Of a stretch of DNA of 64,000 bases, positions 59,560 through 64,000 are shown in pieces. The stretch spans positions 4,896,001 to 4,960,000 of the forward strand of contig OZ244207.1 in the NCBI GenBank assembly GCA_965216875.1. Reading direction: 5' to 3'. A program made the translations under genes and the position numbers. How positions within the stretch are numbered: position 1 is the stretch's first letter; the number at the start of each line of letters is the position of its first letter. The stretch comes from Rubripirellula sp. Lineage in GTDB: Bacteria > Planctomycetota > Planctomycetia > Pirellulales > Pirellulaceae. The notes beneath the pieces are model-generated. The model made no database searches. It was not told the origin of the DNA and was given only the letters and a program-made list of their open reading frames with translations.

Positions 59560-60816
59560 ATGTCAATCACGGCAAACATTTTGGTCTTTAGTGCGGACGC
59601 GAAGATCGCCGAAGAAGCGAACTTGGCGTTCAACGCGCTGCCTCAAACATCGGCTCGCTATCGAATCGTTGAAAACACAACGGCCTTGTTCGAAGCCCTT
59701 CGCAACCGACCTGTGTCACTGGTGCTTGCGGAGTTTCCCGAGGATCCGCGTGAGCTTCTTGAATGGGTACGACAGATTCAATCAGTCTCACCCAAAACGA
59801 AGATCGCCGCGATCTTGCCGCAAGAGGGCTTTTCCGAACAAAACAACGAATCGGCGCTGTTGATCGATGCGATGCGGTGTGGCGTTTGCGACTTCCTGAA
59901 ACGCCCCTTCTCGACAGCAGATCTGCAGCGGCTAATTCAGATCGACGCGGACAATCAAACCACCGCCGCACAGGCGGGCTCACCTGGCGCTGGCCGCGTG
60001 GTTTCGTTCATCAGCAATAAAGGAGGCGTCGGCAAATCGACCCTGGCAACGAACACGGGTGTCGCGATTGCAAGACGCGGTCAACAAAGTGTTCTGTTGA
60101 TCGACGGCTCGATTCAAATGGGCGTCGCCGCAGCGCTACTTGACCTGCAACCCGAAGCCACTCTGACCGACGTCGCGCGCGAAGTCGATCGGCTTGACCC
60201 CACGATGATTCGACAAACGGCCGCCGTCCATTCAAGCGGGCTGCACTTGATTGCCGCGCCCGCCGATGCCGTCGAAGCGATGGAAATCGACGACCTGTTG
60301 ATGGCTCGCATTTTGACAGTCGCACGGCAAACCTATGACGTCGTGATTGTCGACACCTTTCCAATGTTCGACCGCGTCGTGATCGCGGCTCTCGACCTAA
60401 GCGATCGTGTGTACGTGGTCCTCGAAAACGTCGTCCCCACTTTGCTTGGTGGCGTCAAGCTGCTTAGCGTTCTCGATCGAATCGGCTATCCGGCTGCCCG
60501 ACAATCGATCGTGCTGAACCGTCAACAACGTGTCACCGGAAGCTTGTCGGTCGATGATGTTGCCGATCGGATGGGACGCGACATTGATCATGTCTTGCCT
60601 TTTGACAAAAAGGTGGTCGCTGCTGCCAACTGTGGCGTCCCCATCGCGATGGCTCCGATCCGCCTGGGCGGGTTCAGCCGAGCGCTTGCGGGACTCGCCG
60701 ATGATGTTGCAGGCACGGTCGATTCCACGGCATCGCGCGTGGAAATGAACGAATCGAGCCTGCTTGCACCGGACGAATCGCCATTGGAAGCCACCTCGTT
60801 GGAGGACAACCAGTGA
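59560..60816 (+). CDS. cpaE: CpaE/TadZ (receiver-like + MinD-like ATPase)
   Basis: AMRCGVCDFL receiver-like region; NKGGVGKST; YDVVIVDT; AANCGVP. Confidence 0.9.
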   Translation: MSITANILVFSADAKIAEEANLAFNALPQTSARYRIVENTTALFEALRNRPVSLVLAEFPEDPRELLEWVRQIQSVSPKTKIAAILPQEGFSEQNNESALLIDAMRCGVCDFLKRPFSTADLQRLIQIDADNQTTAAQAGSPGAGRVVSFISNKGGVGKSTLATNTGVAIARRGQQSVLLIDGSIQMGVAAALLDLQPEATLTDVAREVDRLDPTMIRQTAAVHSSGLHLIAAPADAVEAMEIDDLLMARILTVARQTYDVVIVDTFPMFDRVVIAALDLSDRVYVVLENVVPTLLGGVKLLSVLDRIGYPAARQSIVLNRQQRVTGSLSVDDVADRMGRDIDHVLPFDKKVVAAANCGVPIAMAPIRLGGFSRALAGLADDVAGTVDSTASRVEMNESSLLAPDESPLEATSLEDNQ

Positions 60817-62306
60817 CCGATTCGAATCGTGATCCCAAATCAACTCGCTCGGCTCGCGAACTGTTTGCACACGCAAGTTTGCGTTTGCCAGAAAACCGAG
60901 TCCGACGAGAAACGAGTCGCTCGGGAAGCAAACCGTTTTCAGACTCCTCGTCGCTTGACGCGCGACCAGGCAGCGCATCGTTTGCATCGGTCAAAACGGC
61001 GATGCACACGCAACTGCTTGAAGATCTCGACCGTCGCGATCGCATCACCGCAACCGAAGAAGAATTGACGGACCTGGTGCGTGACTTTGTTGCGGATGCT
61101 CTTGAAACTCAAGACTGGCCGCTCAACGACCTTGAACGTCGACAACTCGTTGACGATTTGATCGAAGAAACAATCGGCGTCGGTCCGCTCGCTCCACTGC
61201 TTGCCGACCCGGCCGTGACCGACATTTTGGTCAATGGCCCCTACACAGTATTCGTCGAACGGTTCGGACAACTCGAAGAAACCGATGTGCGTTTTCGGGA
61301 TGACGAACACCTTGTGCGCATCATTGGCCGCATCGCCGCTCGCGTCGGTCGCCGAGTCGATGAAAGCTCGCCGATGGTCGACGCTCGATTGCCCGATGGC
61401 AGCCGCGTCAACGCCACGCTTCCGCCGGTCACAATTGATGGGCCAACACTTTCGATTCGGCGTTTTGGTCGACGGCGATTGCGCTGCGATGACCTGATGC
61501 GATTGGGAATGTTCTCGCCTGCCATGCACACGTTCTTGCAGCTCGCCATTCGCGGCCGCGTGAACATGATCGTATCGGGCGGAACGGGCTCCGGAAAATC
61601 GACTCTCTTGGGCGCCATCGCGGAAGCCATCTCGGATAGCGAACGGATCATCACGATCGAAGACGCTGCCGAATTGCAACTCGACCAGCGTCATGTCGTA
61701 CGAATGGAAACGCGTCCCCCCAACATCGAAGGGCAAGGGCAAATCGTTGCGCGCGACCTCGTCGTCAACGCGCTTCGGATGCGACCGGACCGGATCATCG
61801 TGGGTGAAGTTCGCGCCGCCGAAGCACTCGACATGATGCAAGCGATGAACACTGGACATGACGGGTCGCTGACGACGATTCATGCCAACAGCCCTCGCGA
61901 TGCGGTCTCGCGACTCGAAACCATGGTGCTGATGGCTGGGCTGGAACTTCCCAGCCGCGCGATTCGCGAACAAGCTGTTTCGGCGATCGACATCATTGTG
62001 CAAGTTCGCCGCTACGAAGATGGCGTTCGACGCGTCCAATCGGTCTCGGAACTCGTCGGCATGGAAGGCGACACTCCGCAACTTCAAGAGATCTTTCGCT
62101 TTGTCTCGACGGGCAAGACCAAGCGACGTATCTCTGGTGAATACGTGGCAACGGGCGTGGTCCCGCGAATCGCTACACGGCTGCGTGAAAACCATGTCGA
62201 TGTGCCCATGGAATTGTTCCAGTCCGGTCCACGGTCCTTAGCTGGCACAGGTTTCGACCCAGACGATCGAGGCGTCGATGATTCGGAGCGCGACGTTCGA
62301 TGGTGA
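60813..62306 (+). CDS. cpaF: CpaF/TadA pilus ATPase
   Basis: [61 protein letters not shown]. Confidence 0.96.
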   Translation: MTDSNRDPKSTRSARELFAHASLRLPENRVRRETSRSGSKPFSDSSSLDARPGSASFASVKTAMHTQLLEDLDRRDRITATEEELTDLVRDFVADALETQDWPLNDLERRQLVDDLIEETIGVGPLAPLLADPAVTDILVNGPYTVFVERFGQLEETDVRFRDDEHLVRIIGRIAARVGRRVDESSPMVDARLPDGSRVNATLPPVTIDGPTLSIRRFGRRRLRCDDLMRLGMFSPAMHTFLQLAIRGRVNMIVSGGTGSGKSTLLGAIAEAISDSERIITIEDAAELQLDQRHVVRMETRPPNIEGQGQIVARDLVVNALRMRPDRIIVGEVRAAEALDMMQAMNTGHDGSLTTIHANSPRDAVSRLETMVLMAGLELPSRAIREQAVSAIDIIVQVRRYEDGVRRVQSVSELVGMEGDTPQLQEIFRFVSTGKTKRRISGEYVATGVVPRIATRLRENHVDVPMELFQSGPRSLAGTGFDPDDRGVDDSERDVRW

Positions 62307-63190
62307 TCCTAAGTGTGATCGCACTCTGGTCTGTCATCGGATTGGTTGCGATCGGAACCTACCGACTGCACGTCAGTCGCCAACAAACGCTCGATCGATT
62401 CGTCGAAGCGACAGAGAGTTGGGCCGGCGGCGCTGGCACAAACGCGACCGCAAGAGAAGAGGAAGCGCCAACAGCATATTCCGCGCGTCGGCTATCTCGG
62501 CCCTGGATCTGGGCCCCTTGGGCAATCGGCGTCGGCATCGGTGTTTCCGCGTGGTGGATCTTTGGCTGGCCAGGCCAATACGTCTTGGCCATCGGCGCGG
62601 TCGTATCACTTCTGCTTAGCCAGGTTGAAGGTTTCTTATACATCCGTCACATCGCCAAACTCGAACGGCAGCTCGCCGACGCAATCGATATCATGGTCGG
62701 CGCGGTCAGTGCGGGTGCGGCTGTAGGACCAGCGATCGATTCAGCAACCGTTGAAACCGACAAACCTCTGAAACCTTACCTGCAAGAACTCTCGGGTAGG
62801 ATCCGCTTAGGCGATGACCCGATTGCTGTCTTCCGTTCGCTTGCCGATCGCGTCCCACTCGAAACGTTCATGCTCTTTTCGGCGTCGATGTCCGTTCACT
62901 ATGAAGTGGGCGGACGCTTGGCGCCAACGCTCGCCACGGTCGGGCGCACAATTCGCGACCGAATTGAAATCGCAAGACGCATCCAATCGAACATCGCGCA
63001 GTCACAATTCAGCACCATTGCCATCTTGGGTTTGATCTATCTGATCGCCGTGATCGTCTGGCGCAACGGCCCCGAGCCGATGGAGGATTTTGTGACGTCG
63101 ACGGTCGGTAGCTGGGCTGTTGCCGGATCGATCGTGTTTCAAGCGGTAGGAATCGTTTGGATGAACCTCATTTCGAAACCAAAGTTCTAG
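62300..63190 (+). CDS. tadB: TadB (T2SSF family)
   Basis: QLADAIDIMVGAVSAG, EVGGRLAPTL...IRDR; follows cpaF. Confidence 0.9.
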   Translation: MVILSVIALWSVIGLVAIGTYRLHVSRQQTLDRFVEATESWAGGAGTNATAREEEAPTAYSARRLSRPWIWAPWAIGVGIGVSAWWIFGWPGQYVLAIGAVVSLLLSQVEGFLYIRHIAKLERQLADAIDIMVGAVSAGAAVGPAIDSATVETDKPLKPYLQELSGRIRLGDDPIAVFRSLADRVPLETFMLFSASMSVHYEVGGRLAPTLATVGRTIRDRIEIARRIQSNIAQSQFSTIAILGLIYLIAVIVWRNGPEPMEDFVTSTVGSWAVAGSIVFQAVGIVWMNLISKPKF

Positions 63191-63205
63191 ATCGGATCCG
63201 TTTCG

Positions 63206-64000
63206 GTGACACTCCTGACCCAGTTATTGCTATTCGCCGCAGTGATGATCACGCTGCTGTGCCTTGCGGCATGGGCGGTGATTCATTTACTGGGGCAACA
63301 ACGCACTTTGGACCGTTGGTTTCGCGACCACGACTCAAATCCGTCCGACAACGGAAACGAATCACCTCGTGGCTGGATCGGCAGATGGCTTTTTCTAGCT
63401 GGATACCGAACACAAATAGCACCGATCGTCTTCGTGATCACAACGATCGCGTGCATTGTCATCGGCATCGGATCGGCATCGCTTTTTGTCGCCTCAGGAC
63501 TGCAATCGGTGATGGAAGAGACCGTCGTGCTCGTACCAGGTGGTGTGGGCGAGACCTTCTTGCCCGTCGTCTGGGTCGCGCCTTGGATCATCGCCATCTT
63601 GCTGATTTGCTTGCCGCTGACGATCGTGCGTTCAGCGCGACGTCGACGCGTCGCAATGATCGAACAAGACCTGCCGCTGGCGATGGAATTGATGGCGACC
63701 TTGAGCGAAGCGGGACTCAGTTTCGATTCGGCTTTGCTGCGGGTTTTGAAAACGCGTTTGTCAGGCCGACCACTGGCTGACGAACTTCAGATCTATCAGG
63801 CCGATCTGCTTTCGGGCAGACCACGAATTGAATCCCTTCGCCGCTTGAGTAGTCGCATTCGCGTCGGCTCCGTATCGATTCTTGTCTCAGCGCTCGTGCA
63901 AGCGGAACAAATGGGGATGGGTATCTCTCGTGTCTTGCGAACACAAGCCGATGATATTCGTGCCCGCCGAAGAGAAAAGGCGATCGCGTTTGCCAACTCG
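63206..64000 (+). CDS. tadC: TadC (T2SSF family), runs off the window
   Basis: Read by hand from GTG 63206: ...IEQDLPLAMELMATLSEAGLSFDSAL...ALVQAEQMGMGISRVLRTQADDIRARRREKA. Confidence 0.88.
   Translation, partial: MTLLTQLLLFAAVMITLLCLAAWAVIHLLGQQRTLDRWFRDHDSNPSDNGNESPRGWIGRWLFLAGYRTQIAPIVFVITTIACIVIGIGSASLFVASGLQSVMEETVVLVPGGVGETFLPVVWVAPWIIAILLICLPLTIVRSARRRRVAMIEQDLPLAMELMATLSEAGLSFDSALLRVLKTRLSGRPLADELQIYQADLLSGRPRIESLRRLSSRIRVGSVSILVSALVQAEQMGMGISRVLRTQADDIRARRREKAIAFANS

Noticed and set aside
60939..62195. 418-aa minus-strand ORF
   Set aside because: Antisense shadow of cpaF.
63157..63780. 207-aa ORF as tadC
   Set aside because: Wrong frame; TadC motifs are in the frame starting at 63206, which stays open to the window end.

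Overview
Chromosomal window from a planctomycete, most likely Pirellulaceae (inferred from DUF1552/DUF1592 genes, sulfatases, a PVC-type CxxCH protein, a BlaI/M56 pair and typical intergenic repeats). 1-19 kb holds a carbohydrate/sulfate-ester catabolic neighbourhood (DUF5060, LysR, DUF1552-DUF1592, two sulfatases, sialidase). 18.6-27.3 kb holds a CD225-CD225-DUF2752 cluster, an orphan 780-aa P-loop ATPase and BlaI-BlaR1. 27-48 kb is core-like: ECF sigma, comF, DUF502, rpoN, recR-ybaB-dnaX-SRP RNA, a large R/D/E-rich disordered protein, wecB, an alpha-CTD paralog, an arrestin-like pair, STAS, apbE, tRNA-Ser and tRNA-Lys. 48-64 kb holds porin-dipeptidase-porin and a Tad/Flp pilus operon. The best candidate for an undescribed system is that operon: it is preceded by a His/Cys-rich DUF2946-like upstream ORF ending in an RGPP (RAPP-type) arrest motif and a structured leader, it embeds a secreted protein with His in heptad register, and it has a triplicated CpaB. 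This suggests a metal-responsive pilus/metal-handling locus (inference). Also seen: an A10 slippage site and a Cys-less zinc module in dnaX, a non-GNRA SRP loop and several REP-like repeat families. No CRISPR, integrase or transposase was found.
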